Source of the DNA: Anthoceros angustus
Taxonomy: Eukaryota; Plantae; Anthocerotophyta
Assembly: GCA_010909165.1 (NCBI GenBank)
Contig: VJWM01000255.1
Span: forward strand, 124,001 to 188,000
DNA length: 64,000 nt
Direction of reading: 5' to 3'
This document shows, piece after piece, positions 27,804 through 41,598 of the stretch (position 1 is the first letter of the stretch; each line of letters starts with the position of its first letter). The notes beneath the pieces were generated by a model. That model was given only the letters and a program-made list of their open reading frames with translations, was not told the DNA's origin and did no database searches. Position numbers and translations under genes: made by a program.

Positions 27804-28237
27804 TTTTTTTTTTTTTGGTGAAGACTGCGCTTTAAAAGAGGAAGTTACAGCATGAGCTCAACACGAGAGAGCACAGCTTGAGGGGCCGAAAGATCTAACC
27901 AGGTGTGTGCGGATCAAGAAAAGCAAAGTGCGAACCCAAGGGGGAGCACCCCTCCCCCAAGGGCTCGAAGAGGCACCTCCGACTTTCCGAACTTCTCCCC
28001 TTCGGAAGCAACCGAAAGCCCAAAGAGGCCTCGAAGACGCACTTCCGACTTCCGAGCTTAGCCAGGTCTCTCCCCTTTTTCAGAGAAATTGAAAACCTTT
28101 CTGCTGCTCAGGACAACCTAGACCCCTGGTAGGGAAACTGGTGAAAAAGTTCCTAAAGGTCTGCAAGGTCTACAATTCACACACGCTTCCTAGCATCTGC
28201 TCGGGTATGGCAGGACGATGAGGAAAAGGGTATTCCC
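27804..28237 (-). mobile_element. 5'-truncated non-LTR retro-insertion (LINE/SINE 3' end)
   Basis: T13 at 27804-27816 (poly(A) on minus strand). 7-bp direct repeat TAATCTC at 27797-27803 and 28238-28244. Confidence 0.6.
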
Positions 28238-28869
28238 TAATCTCAGATAGTTCGTCCCATGGGTTCGCTATTCGTTGCTATGTTTATACACTAGACTAGC
28301 CTATTAGTGGTCGAATCATCCAGAGAGGTTTACTGCACAAGGCCGTCGATAGGAGACCAGCTCCTGTACACAGCTGGAGCCCAATGAGTATTAGATGCAA
28401 ATTTCATCCGCTACTCATCAAAATCATATTACTTGCTCCCCTCGAGAAGGAGGAGCAAACCCCATTAGAAAATTCAAAATCATATTACTTGCTCCCCTTA
28501 AGAAGGAGGAGGAACCCGCATTAGAAAATATTCTACATTATAGCCCGCGACTAATTCGGCTCCTACTTCTGTGGATCGGAAGGAGTAGTTTCTGGACGGG
28601 AAATGAAAAACATAATCATACAGGAAGCCAACAAATGTTTTTTTTAATATCTGGCCGCTGTGCACCATCAACAATTCTTTGCTTCTTCGGCCCCGCGTGT
28701 GTCTGCCGTGCATCTTCTAGATCACCACACCAGGCAGCGGCCGAACACTATTCTCTGTATGTGTTCATGCTGACGAAAGCCTGATGGACATGCGTTTTTC
28801 AGCTTAGCACAGTGAGCATGATACCCACATATCAGAGCATTCTATGTCACTGCATCCTTTGCGTCACTA

Positions 28870-29350
28870 CACAACACAACTGGCATGCTGACCGACAAGA
28901 GCGATGTCTGCAGTTTCGGAGTGGTGTTGTTGGAGATCTTGTGTGGACAGCCGGCTATTTCACAAGGAGGGACTTACAGGTTGATTGTGGAAAGGGTGAG
29001 AGTCCTCATCTTCTCGTGCCTTCCCTTCGAAGATCTACAGCAGAAGCTCATGCTCCTATGTGCCTTGTGGGAACTGCAGGTGAGGGCCGCTATTAACACT
29101 GGAAGCTTGTCAGCGGTGGTGGATTCCACTCTGCAAGGATCCTACAAGGTGGAGTCGGTGTGAAGGCTTGCGGAAATCGCCACGAGCTGTGCGCTCACGT
29201 TGCAGAGCGACGCCAGCATTATCTCCACCGGCACGCAAGATCATACCCTCAGTTCCCCAGATGCGCACGTGGGCGTCCAGCATCTGAAGGAATTCGCCAA
29301 GGTCCTGTGCGGCGACCTCTATTGGGACATTCTCTTCTAGCAACGAGAGA
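28870..29350 (+). pseudogene. Receptor-like kinase C-terminal fragment (subdomains IX-XI)
   Basis: LTDKSDVCSFGVVLLEILCGQPAI, an intron, then SAVVDSTLQGSYKVESV*RLAEIATSC with a premature TGA at a usual Trp position. N-terminal lobe absent. Confidence 0.85.
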
Positions 29351-30234
29351 AACGACAAATGTGTGTAAACGACCCGACCCGCCTGTCCCAGGGAATCGAA
29401 TTCGGACAGGAAACACCACCAGTCCAAAGAAGGAATGTGATGGAGGGAAAAAGGCCACCTCAACTCCTTTTTTATTCCATTCCTTCTTACCCTAATTTCT
29501 CACACTAACGAGTTCTGGAGTTTGTACGCAATGAGTCAATTGCTGTGAGCTCATGGTGCACCCACAGGCTTGCAGGTAGCAAGCCACACAGCGCTCTCCA
29601 CTGAACTGGAGACAAGATACTCCAGATGGCACTAGACGCTGCCAGAGGTAACTCCAGTGGACTGCCCAATTCTTCCTGCAATCTTGAGTCCCGAAAGATG
29701 AGGTGTAATCGTCTCAAGTAGAGTTGTGATCCCAAACTGGCAAAGAATGGCCACAAAGACGACAACAAATGCACCTCAGAAAACCATCCACTCGGTACTG
29801 CAGTGTTCAATCGCTTGTACGTACGAGGGATGTATCCAGGCGGTGTTGTCCAGCAAAGAAGTCAAGTTCGACGCGCAGTTGCGAATCCCGGCAGAATTGC
29901 ACACATGTAACGCAATTACACCGCCCACTGCGACAAGAGTGCCAACAGATCCTGCTACGAAGAGGCCCCAATAATGGGATTCCATCGCGCATGGAATATC
30001 AATGCGAAATCCGCAGAATAAATTGTCAACGTCCGACCAGCATACACTGGACATCGAAGCCAAACTACCTGTTTCCGTCTATCAAAACCAGGGCCATGTA
30101 TCCAGATATGGCCAAGTTAAATCTGACGTCAATAAGCTACCAGCAAGAATTAATAGTCGAGCTGTGATACTCAGGCCGCCTAGTTACACAGCCACATAAC
30201 GCGCACACTATCAAAACGAAATTGAAGTCAAAAT

Positions 30235-32123
30235 TTAGGGATCATCCCAAGATCTGGGATTCAGCATCCGTTTCATGAATTCATAGGTCATGAACACAAT
30301 GCCCACACTGGGAATCACCTTATAGTACTCAGGAACTATCCCCCTGTATAGCCCAAAAAAACCTTCTGTCTGGACGATATGCTTCAAGGTGCCAGTGAGG
30401 CCTGACTTGTAAATGCGAGCCTTTCCTCCTGCACCTTCTAACTGCATTCTCCTCCGCACGAGGTCAATTGGGAACGTTGCTGCACGATGAAAATTGCGGT
30501 CAGATCCTTATTCCGCATCCCACCTGCACAACGGATCCTCTAATCACCAGGCATAAGTCCATATCACTTACCTGTGGAGGAACAGATTCCTGCCACACTG
30601 CCACAGCCTAGACTCATCACTATTGGAGAAGAATCAGGCCTGCAATCGAGGACAGACAAACTGTTCAGCCAACATCCTCAATAGAAGCAGCAATACAACA
30701 TAATATGCTTCCTGGACAAGCAGGTATGGAAATCCAAGGAAGTATGGTCACTTACCAATGAGAAACCCACATAGACTTCAGCGTTTCATAGACACAAAAA
30801 TTGATGGCAATGTTCGGTCCTACACCCTGCAATGATGGGGCAGCAGGGGATTAGGAGGGTTGCCACGACAACAGATTACGTAGCAGCTGGCTGTTACGAT
30901 CAGGTTCCTTAGCATCCCCACTGAAAAGATCATGTCAACACATCTAAGGTACCACAACCAATGTGCGAGGACAAGGTATTGCCAAAGGTACCAACAAAGT
31001 CGTGCCCAATCCTTTGTAAAGTCCTGGCCAACCTTCCTCCCTCCGAATAGTCAACAATGCGTGACTTATGCCTTTATAGTATGAAACCTTGGTCTGCACA
31101 AAATAGCAACAACTTTGCATTAGGACCAAAGGTTTGGACGTTCAAGCTGCACAGCAATCAAAACAAAGCCAGCAGCATGAGATACACCGTAGATGACACC
31201 AAACCAGAGCCTCAGAACTGCAAACCAAATCCGACAAACAATCTGCCCCTCACCTGGGCTGCCAGACGTGTCCTCACAAGGTCCAGGGGGTAAGTCAAAG
31301 ACGCAGCTGTTATGCCTGCTCCTCCGCCAGCTAAGAGTCTCGTACCCATGCCAACCCCTAAGCTCTCCTCCTTTCCTTCTGTACCAAGAAACCTCTTAAG
31401 CATCTGTAAGAACCAGGTAGATTCAGAAAGCTTTCTAGAGCAATTCCACCCAACACCACCGCAGAGCACTCCATGAATTGTTGCCACGATTCCAAGCCCT
31501 TACCTTTTTGTATTCTTCGTAAGCAAAAAAGTTGACTGACGAATAGGGTAGCCGATGGATGATGGTGACCCCATTCCCTTTCCAGAATGCTCTCACACCT
31601 TCTTCACGAAATATCCTTGACGCTTCATGGAAAATGCTTGGAGCTTTCAACTTGGCACCCGCAGCATTCATTCCTTGGACCTGTGTCGATTCGCCATGAA
31701 CAGTAGGTCAGCCAGACAGAGCGATCCGCGTGCACGTCGGAAACCAAAAACACATATTTTAAGCAGAAGGGAGACGCAGCCGGCAGGATAGAGAACAGCA
31801 GCAAGGAAAAACTCGTCAAGTTTCAGAAAAACAGAGAGAAAAGGGACGACGCAAACCTGGAAGAGAATGGTGAGTCGAGCGAGGGGTGCAGTGCACGTCT
31901 TGCTAACTGCACCGGCAACACCTCCAGCCAGGAGCTGGGAGGCCGTCCCGATTTGCGACGGCGGCAACACCTCCTGCACCTGTGGCTCCAAGGCTCCCTG
32001 TCCAGCATTGTCCGGCAGATTGCCATCATCCGCAGGGGCCCCTGCCAGTGCTCTGTGCTCACCTCCCACTACTCCGCCGATGGGACGGAGCTGAGCCTTG
32101 GAAGCTGCCGCGTCCGCTTGCAT
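30235..32123 (-). CDS. Mitochondrial substrate carrier (SLC25) family protein
   Basis: Three carrier repeats: TAPLARLTILFQ, YPLDLVRTRL, FPIDLVRRRMQ. Also FWKGNG, GLYKGLG, GLYRGI. About 7 exons. Confidence 0.93.
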
Positions 32124-34356
32124 AACTCCCAGTCACCGTATCCTTCCGTGTAACCAAGACCGACAACACAATTGCATTCTAGGGCATAAATTCAACCAGC
32201 TCAAATGCCCCGTCCCTGTCCCGCATCCACATCCAGCGAGCTCCCGCAGAAGCCCCCTCTGAACATGTATTGGTCGGCCTCCCGCTCCTTCCCCGGGCAT
32301 AAACCCTAAGAATCCACAACCACGACGACCGCGGGCTCCGGCTGCAAATCGGAAGCTCCTCACCACACTCCCAATGTTCTCATCACTGCATCAGTGCTCA
32401 TCACCTCCACTCCCGCTCCTCCTCCTCCTCCTCCCCAACCGGCCCGCCTTGCCCTACCTACCATCCTTGCCCCGAGTCCATCACCGCAGCCCGCAGATTC
32501 CAGAACGCCCTCGCCACCAATCCGTGCCCCAGGATCATGTGCAAGCAAAGAAAACTCGTCCGCCAAAGCCGAAGCACGCTGCAAACACTGACACCCACCC
32601 ACCGCCTCTTCCCTTCACCTCCCGCCTCCAATGTCGATGCGCGTAGATCAAGATAACAGTTTCGCATCCCGCAAACGTGCCTTGCAAATGGAACGGAGTG
32701 ATTGAAGACGTTTCCTGCGCATCCCTAGCAACGGGCCGCGTTCACCGATCACCGAGCTGGTTTGCCCCGAATATTCCCGCCAGCTCCAGGCGTATTTACA
32801 CTGCATAACGTTACTGCCCACCTAGGTATACGCTTTATCTATATTTAACGAATTCCAAGGACATGAGAAATCAATACCTAAATACATAAAGAGACACGAA
32901 ATAGACCCACCCGAACCACAAAAAAACTCAGTAGGAAGACATGAAGATCGTAAAAAAGTCGGTTTCAAATATACCTAGTAGCTAAACTTGCTTGCATATT
33001 ATGTGTCACTATTCTCTTGTCAAGAGGATAGTATATTGTGCATCTTCATTCCTACTACCAATCAACCCAACTTGCTTGCTTATTGTGTCCATATTACAAA
33101 TAACACCAACCATCTCGTTGTAGCTTTGAATATCCTTGATGAGCAATAGATATATATACGACACCAATAAAAAACTACTAAATCAAAACTTCATCACCTT
33201 CTCTTGTAACAAGTATCCATAGGTCATGTTTTTGTTTTTTCAACAACCATGATCGATACTACTTGCTCGACAATCTTTGTCGTTTCCCCATATTCCAATA
33301 ATAGAGGGATTAGATCATTTGATGGATAACCTTTTACTTCACCATGACCATGAGGGTCTTCTCCTAAATTATCTCATGGTAAGAAAAATATATCTGAATC
33401 TCTCATACATGCCATAAACTTAGTAAAACGTTGCACTTTGAAAAATCTAAGCAAGCGAAAGGGATATGGATCGGTACATATTATTGAAAGTAAGAATATC
33501 TTACATAGGTACTTAGTCTAAGAACTAGGGAGTTAGTAGAAGAAGAAGAAGAGAAATCTATCATAGTCCACTAAGAAGGGCATTTTTCTCATCATGGGAT
33601 CTTGTACTCGATAATTGTATGTAGCAGATAAGGTAAGCGGTTTCACGTGCGAATAGCTAGCAGATAAAAAGTAAGCCTTCTTGTAGGTGAGGATGTTATG
33701 AAGAGGTTGAGTAGGACGTTAGTAGTACTATGTAGCTAGCAGATAAAGTACATAAGCCTTTTAGGTGAGAATGTTATGCTGAGGTTGAGTGGAAGTGGCC
33801 TTGCGGAATCTGGAGAAAAATCTGTCGTGGTTGATGAATCCCCCGGGTGGGAGAGGGTGACGCGTGGTTCCGTTGGGCGGACCGCGGGGGAATGGAAGCA
33901 CGCTGATGTGAGAGGCAGCGGATCCTGCTTCCTGCATTGCGGCAGGCGTGGCTGTTGTTTCTCCTGGGCAGGAAGGAAGGAAGGGGGAAGGAAGGAAGGA
34001 AGGAAGGGGCGAGTACGTTGCGTGCGGAGGATCGTGGTCGGGCAAAGGAGCCGGCGTGGGAGCGGGAGATGCGTGCTGAATCCGCAGCTCCTGCAGCTGC
34101 TGCCGCCCCGGCCTCGGCCTCCTTCTTGCTGGATTCCTTCCCCGTTATCCTTGTAATGCGTCACGCTCCCCTGGCCGGCCATCTCCCGCACGCCAACGCT
34201 GCAGGTGGCGTTTAGGGCAAAAGGTGCAGCAGCTGAGGCGGATTGCTCTGCGCGTGTGTCCGGCTCCGGCTCCGGCTCAAGGAGCGGTTGCCTGCGTTGG
34301 AAGCAGGAGAAAGGAGGAAGAAGGAGGAATTTGGGCTGCTTGGTGTGGGTGAGGTG

Positions 34357-37300
34357 ATGGCCGGGCTCCTGGTGCCCGCCAGGCCGTGTCCGGTGGGCGC
34401 GCACTCGGCAGCGGGCGAGCAGCCGCGGCTGCAGCAGTACGGATGTCGCCGGCAGGCTGCGCCGGGGCCGCCCGGTGGCGGCCCTGCTTCCGTGCGGGAG
34501 CTGTCGGTCGGTGGCGGGAAGGAGGCGCGCGGCGGAATGATTCCGCCGTGCTGGAATTCAGGTGCGGGGTTGGGGTGAGCTGGGGTGTGCGGGGTTGCAG
34601 AAATGCGTTCGTGCGGGGCTCATTTTGGGTCGTGCGGGCGTGGCAGGTGGGGATCCCGCGAGGGAATTGGGGAGAGGAGGAGGTGTGTGGGTGGTGGCAG
34701 GGGAGGGTGTGCGTCGGATTGCTCCACATGGAGGAGGACGGCGAGGAGGACGGCCGGGGCGTGGCTGCCGGTTCCCGGCTCTGACAGCGCGGGGTTGAGG
34801 CATTCGGCGTTCCTTGGCAGTGGATTGTTGGCGGGTGGGAGGATTTGCAACCAGCTTTTGGTGAGGGTGAGGTCTTTTTCTTCTGTCTGGCCGTGGTTTG
34901 GGGTTGGTGATGTGGAAGCAGGGTGGTTGGTTTATGGCTGCTGTTAGTTGCGGCTTTGCAGAGATCAAATGCTGTCGGTTTTGCTCGTGCATCAGCTGGA
35001 CCGAACGAACCCCATGCTGTCAACGTGAGATGGCCGGAAGGAGCGGTGGACCAGGGAAGGAAGGACGCCTTGGAGGTCACTGGGGCCCTTGATGTGGAGG
35101 CATCGGATCTTTTGCAATCCAAGCTGCCCACTCATCCCAAGCTGCACCGAGGGCAGCTGAGTAATGGGATGCGATATGTTATTCTTGCCAATTCCATCCC
35201 CCCCAATAGGTGATGCTTCCACGTCTGGGAGAATGGCTCAGCATAGCAAGGCCGGGTTGGCTCGGTGCTTCGAACTGGACTGTTGTCTGACCGAGCTCTT
35301 GGTGATGGTGCAGATTTGAAGCTCATATTGAGATGCATGTGGGCTCTGTGGATGAGGAGGAACATGAGCAGGGTATAGCCCACATGATTGAACATGTGGC
35401 CTTTTTGGGAAGCAAGAAGCGAGAAAAGTTGCTAGGAACTGGGGCCCGGTCTAATGCCTACACAGATTTTCATCACACTGTCTTCCACGTTCATTCTCCT
35501 GTCACGGTTCAGGTAATGCGTAAGGCGATTTGGACAAAGTTACATTCAACGATTAACAGATAGTTACATTCTCTCCTGTGCTGTGTGCAGGGAACAAGCG
35601 AGCCAATGCTGCCACTTGTTCTTGATGCTTTGCACGAGGTCCGTTTATGAGTTCAAACCCTGTGATGACAAGCCTGCAGCCTGCTCTAGCAATACACTCG
35701 AAATGATCTGGGAGCTGATTGTTTGGGATATGTTGATGCACTGTAGATTGTATTCAGGCCCAAAGTTGTGAGCACCCGTGTTGAGAAAGAAAGAAGAGCT
35801 GTTCTGTCCGAGCTGCAAATGATGAATTCGATTGAATACAGGGTTGATTGTCAGGTACTTCTGGGATGGCTGTCTACTGAAATGTGTTCCTAGCTGCTTG
35901 CTGGTGTGTTTGTGCTTCAAGATTGCTCCTGACTTTCTGTTTTAACTCGTATCCAGCTGCTACAACAACTGCACTCTGAAAACCTTCTAGGATACCGGTT
36001 TCCCATAGGTTTAGAGGAACAGATTCAAAAGTGGGATGTCGAAACTATTAAGGCTTTTCATGACCGCTGGTACTTCCCAGCAAATGCCACTTTGTTTATT
36101 GTAGGAGATATTGGAAGCGTTGGTAGAACGCTGCAAATGATTGAGGTAATTTCTTGCAATGGTCAAATTTGGTTTTGCCCTCCTTTACAATATCATTGTC
36201 GCTTCCCTTTTTACCGCAAGCAACCATTTTGGTCATGGTCTAGCCCTCTGAACTGAAGAACGATTTAACGGTCACACTTTTTGGTGCAGGCTAAGTTTGG
36301 GTCGACACCTGCAGGCTATTCTCATCCTGTGAATCCAGCAGGCCCTGTAGGTCATCTTCAGGCAGTCAGGCAGCCTCTATTTGGACAATCCTTCTTTGAC
36401 GACCTCTCTTCATCTGTAGAGGCTCCTCCAGCACCAGCTGTTCGGAAGGAACGACATGTGCTGAGACCACCAGTCAAGCATCAGTGGTCTGTCCCGTCAC
36501 CTTCAGGCTCGCTAAAAACGCCTCATGTGTTTCAGCATGAGCTCCTCCAAAACTTCTCGCTCAGCATATTTTGTAAGGTAGTTTGTGCACCATTCTGATT
36601 TTGTTTCGAGCCAAGGTCTTAGGGATAGCTCCAGCAAGGGTGATTGATTCATCATTTTCTTTATGCAGACTCCTGTCCAGCCGGTCAGTCAGTTTCTCGA
36701 TTTACGGGATGCATTGATGCGAAGAATTGTTCTATCAGCTTTGCAGTTTCGTATCAATGCTCGCTACAAGGTCAGACAGGTCACTTCATTGCAGGGTGCA
36801 GCTGTTTCTCCTGCACGGTCTAATAATCAAGGACAAATATTTCGGCCCTCTGCTCACTTACCATGTGGTGATTCCAGAGTGCAAGTCCTCCTTTCAACAG
36901 CATTGATATGGATCACAGTGATTCATCAAGAGAGGGCTGCACTGTGACTACTCTCAGCATAACTGCCGAGCCAAGGCACTGGAAGGGGGCTGTGAAAGTT
37001 GGTGTTCAGGAGGTTGGTGTACGGATTTGTCTGCCAGATGTTCGGTTAGAGAAATGAGGCAATGTGCAGCAAGCAGTGGAACTGAATTGCTTGAAATTGG
37101 CAGGTTAAAAGGTTAAGGAAATTTGGTGTAACGAGAGGAGAGCTTACACGGTACTTGAATGCTCTGCTGAAGGACAGTGAGCACCTAGCTGCAATGATAG
37201 ACAATGTTCCATCCCTTGATAACCTGGACTTCATTATGGAGAGTGATGCACTGGGACACACGGTTATGGATCAGCAGCAAGGACATGAGACCCTGAAAGC

Positions 37301-40300
37301 AGTTGCAGAGACTCTCACTTTGGAGGATGTAAGTTGACCTCTTGAAGGATGATTTCTGTTTCTATGCTGAATGCTCTTCTACATGCTCCAAGTAGCAATC
37401 TGTTTCAAGACAGTGATTCACATCTGAAGAAAAATGCCTCTTTTTTCAGGTAAATGCAATAGGAGCACGAATGTTGTCGTATGTGGCTGACTTTGGAGCT
37501 CCAATTGCACCAGTTCCTGCCGCCATTGTGGCCTGCGTTCCAAAAACTGTTCACTCAGACAAAGCTGGTGATGTACCATTTGAAATATCACCTGATGACA
37601 TTTTGAATGCTATTCTTGAAGGACTGAACGAGCCATTAGTGCCAGAGCCTGAGGTTAGTTGAAACCACTGTACAGAGTGCTTGAACTTGCACTTGATTTG
37701 TCATTTTCAGAACTGTGAAATCTTTTGCATTGTGCTGCCCCTGCAGGTACATGTTCCGAAGGAGCTTATTTCCCCGTTACAGCTGGCTGCCCTGCGTCTG
37801 CGAAGGGCTCCAGCATTTGTACCTCTTGAGGGCAAGGGAGTACTCACTAGACATGCTGATAACGTTCTTGGAGTGGTTCAGCGCCGTCTTTCCAATGGCA
37901 TTCGCATCAATTACAAGGTCTCCTACACAGAGTGGTCTATTTGATGATCAAGGAGTATCCATGTGGGATTGGTTTGCGCTTCACAGCTCTCTGAGATGGT
38001 TCAAACAATTTGTAACATGAGCGCTCTTGTGGCTTGCTCCAGTTAAGCAAGCATGAAGCGAAGGGTGGAGTTATGCGACTGGTGGTAGCAGGGGGAAGGG
38101 CAAGAGAGCCCCTTGAGTACCCTGGAGCAGTAGCTGTCGGGGTGCGAACATTAAGTGAAGGTGGGGCCGTGGGGGGATTTTCGAGGGAACAGGTGAGCTT
38201 GTTTGCAAATTGCAAGCGATGTCTGAAAGGTGGTTTTTGTTGGTGACTTTGTGGTCCTTGGCCTCTGTTCACTGAGGTATTTCCGCAATTCTTTTGTAGG
38301 TAGAACTGTTCTGTGTTGGGAACCTGGTGAACTGTGTTCTGGAAGCCGATGAGGAGTTCCTTTGTATGGACTTTCATTTTACAATGCGTGACGGGGGAAT
38401 GCGGGCAGCTTTTCAACTGCTGCACATGGTGTTGGAGGTGCCGGCGTACTCCCTCCTACTGGATGCTTCTGTCTTGCATATACACTCAGTAGTTATGCCT
38501 ATACCATTTAATACCCCGCTAACTCTTTAATCAACTTGGTTGTGCAGCACACTGTTTTTCTTGAAGATGCCCTGGACAGGGCAAAACAGTTGTATCGATC
38601 TCATTTCCGAGCGATTGCTAAAAGTCTAGAACGGGCAACTGCAAATCGACTAATGCGAGCCATGCTGTTGCCAGAGGAGACTCGCTTCACAGAACCTTCT
38701 ATTGAGGCACTTGAGAAGCTTACATTGCCTGTGGTGAGAGATGCTGTTCTAAGACAACTGGTGCCTGGAAACATGGAGGTATGGCATGCTCTTCCCATGC
38801 CATCTCACTCTGAAATGGGACTTGACTTGACGCAGGCTCAAACGTTGAACATGTGATGATGGCAGGTTTCTATAGTCGGGGACTTCACAGAGAACGAAGT
38901 GGAGGCATGCGTCTTAGATTATCTTGGCACTGTTGCACCTGAGCGTGACCCACAGGCAAGGCTAGATGCTGAAAGAAGGGAAAGGCCTGTGCTACTAAAT
39001 TTGTACCCTGGTCCAGAGCTACGGCATCAAAAGGCAAGCATCCCTGTCATATGGAATTGTTCCTGGTGATTGGTTTGCTCTGCAAGTTTGTGTTAAGATG
39101 GATTTGTTGTTGCACAGATTTTCCTAAGAGATACGGATGAACGAGCTTGTGCTTACGTCGCTGGCTCAGCTCCAAATGGATGGGGATTTACTGTTGATGG
39201 CCGGGATCTCAACACTTTGGTTGAACCTGTTCCAAGTACAATGACAGGTGCACGACCTTTGATGAATGAATATATTGTGTAGCAAAAGATCCATCATCCT
39301 GTTTGTCCTGCTAATTTTACCTCTTGGTGGACAGAGGAACAAGCTCGTGAGCTAGCAAGCGAAGGGGTAGAGGTAATTAGGGACAGTGCAGGTACACTGT
39401 GTTGGAAAAGGCAGCGGCACTTTCTTTACGCATCCATAGCATTGACGATATTATCGGAGGTGATAAACGCCAGGTAGGTGCTTTACATAGTTGTTTGAGG
39501 AACAGCTTCCTGTGAATTCCCTGAAAACTTACCCTAATTTGCTTCCTTGGGGTCAGGTTATTCACAACAGTGCGAGATGCATTGGGTTTGACGTATGACG
39601 TGTCGTTTGAGGTCAGCATGTTTGACCGGCTGCAAGCAGGCTGGTTTGTCATATCAGTCACATCCACCCCGGCCAAAGTTAGTATAACTTGTTCTTATTG
39701 GGACTCACCATAAGTTGTGGAGGATTTCCTTAACTACTTCCTACTTAATAGTGTTGCTGGTGTGGACCTAATAACGTGCAGATACATAAGGCCGTGGAAG
39801 CTTCTTTGAATGTCCTAAGAGGTGTCCATGGAAATCGAGTGAATCAGCGAGAGCTGGATCGTGTATGAATAATTTTGCTCATCTTCATTGAATGTTTTGC
39901 TTCTTCAAGTTTTTTCCTGCAATGACATGGGATTGTGATGGGCTCTATTGCAGGCGAAACGTACACTGATGCTACGTCATGATCCTGAGGCTATGGATAA
40001 TGCATGTTGGCTTGGTCTTCTAACTCACACACAATCTCCTCTCGTCAGTAGAAAGGTATTCCAAAGCTAATGCTTCAAAGTTGACACATGATTGTTCTGG
40101 CTACAAAGCTTTGTGACCTCCATCTCCTGTGTCAGATGTTGACCTCCAGCTGTTTATCTGACAGAGTGTGGAATGCGTGGGGGATATGTTTCACGTCATA
40201 CAAACGATGACAGCTGATGACATTTACAATGCGTACAACCACCTCAGTATGGATGAGAACACATTGTGCTCGTGCATTGGAGTAGCTGGAAGTGTGGCTG

Positions 40301-40513
40301 GCAGCGGAGCTGAAGTCCTTGAAGTTGAGGATGATGTCGAAGGTATGCTCTAGTTCTTCCGTTTACAGCTCGTTCTGGCTAGGGCATTTGAGTACCAACG
40401 TTTAGAGGTTGCTCTTCACTAACTTGGTTTTCCGACACGCAGAGATTGGAGGATTACAAGCGCCTCAAATGCCCGGTCGAGGCATGTCCACTGTTACTCG
40501 GCCAACCATGTGA
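34357..40513 (+). CDS. SPP: Chloroplast stromal processing peptidase (M16 metalloprotease)
   Basis: LPTHPKLHRGQLSNGMRY, inverted zinc motif HMIEH in GIAHMIEHVAFLGSKKREK, NAYTDFHHTVFH, LFTTVRDALGLTYDVSF, C-terminus GRGMSTVTRPTM*. More than 20 exons; start codon tentative. Confidence 0.95.
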
Positions 40514-41598
40514 GACTGTACCAATACCCGACCTCCCCATCAAATGATGGAAAACTTGAGGGCTTTTCCCGCAGTAAGTCGCATCTGTCTAAGCCTAGCC
40601 TGCAAACAGCAGCACCTCTGGTAGCTCACAATCCGTGTTCAAAATCACAGGTTGTCCTTTGCCTGCCGCTGAATTTTCTGTACAGTCTAGTTGCTCTGTA
40701 ACATGTCAGAGTGTCGGCAATTGATTAATAGATGCGTGCTTACCATCACCGGAGTGCCCAAGTTTTATCTGTTCAAGCTGGCTGTCAGACCAATCTTCTA
40801 GCTGGTCTTCGATTTGCAGATGTCTGTAGATTATGTGAAACAATCTGATTCTTCCAGGTTCCCCCGCCCGGGTTTGTACTTTGTAACCTGGTCTGATGTA
40901 AGAGAAACTCATTAAAAAAGATATCCTGACTCCCCACAAAATCGGCATATTTTCAAATCCATCAGCTTAGATGCAGTGTGAACGACATCTGTCCAGTCCT
41001 GTTTGGCGGTGTCGAGTGGGACCTATGGTCGTCCTCCTCGTTTTAGGCCGCCTGGCTCTTCTTGACGAGGAGGCTGGTCTAAAGGCGTTGAATTTTCCTG
41101 CCAATTTTCAGCTCGTAGATGATCTATAGGGCTTCAATTCGGAGCTCGCGGCACCTACATTGCTCAGAATTCTGTCGTAGCTCTTCTGCAATCCGACAGC
41201 GTATGAACCTGGGAAGATTCCTCCTAAAGATGCCGTAGTTGCTGGTTCTGGAGTTCACTTTACCTGCAGAATTGTCTGTGTTGTGGCGGATTTTGTCCGG
41301 GATACGCCGAGCTGAATATGTGAAGGAGGTAGCTGAATTTCTTTGTGGTGTGATCCGCTGGGAATTCCGTGCTACTCCACCTTGGCAGGTGGAGAATTTG
41401 TTCCATCTTACAAGTGGTGTGGGCTTAGGTGCCCTGGATGTCATGGACCAAACACGCAGGTAGCAAAGGTTTTTCGTCTGAGCGTAGGAGGTGCGGAATT
41501 TTGTTGCAGGCGGATGCGCTGGGCGTCGAGGTGGGGTAGGAGCTCTAAAGTTCAGGCTGCTTCACGGGTGGCTGAATTAGGTCACTTGCGCCTTGGGC

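Noticed and set aside
29505-30199. Several 60-130 aa ORFs downstream of the carrier gene
   Set aside because: No recognisable motifs or exon structure; probably 3' UTR or intergenic.
32360-32402. Short uORF (MSTDAVMRTLGVW) upstream of the mitochondrial carrier
   Set aside because: Conservation and inclusion in the transcript cannot be supported from this sequence alone.
18863-40513. KOC1-like and SPP as a plastid protein-import cluster
   Set aside because: Separated by unrelated genes; chance co-location is likely in a gene-dense genome.
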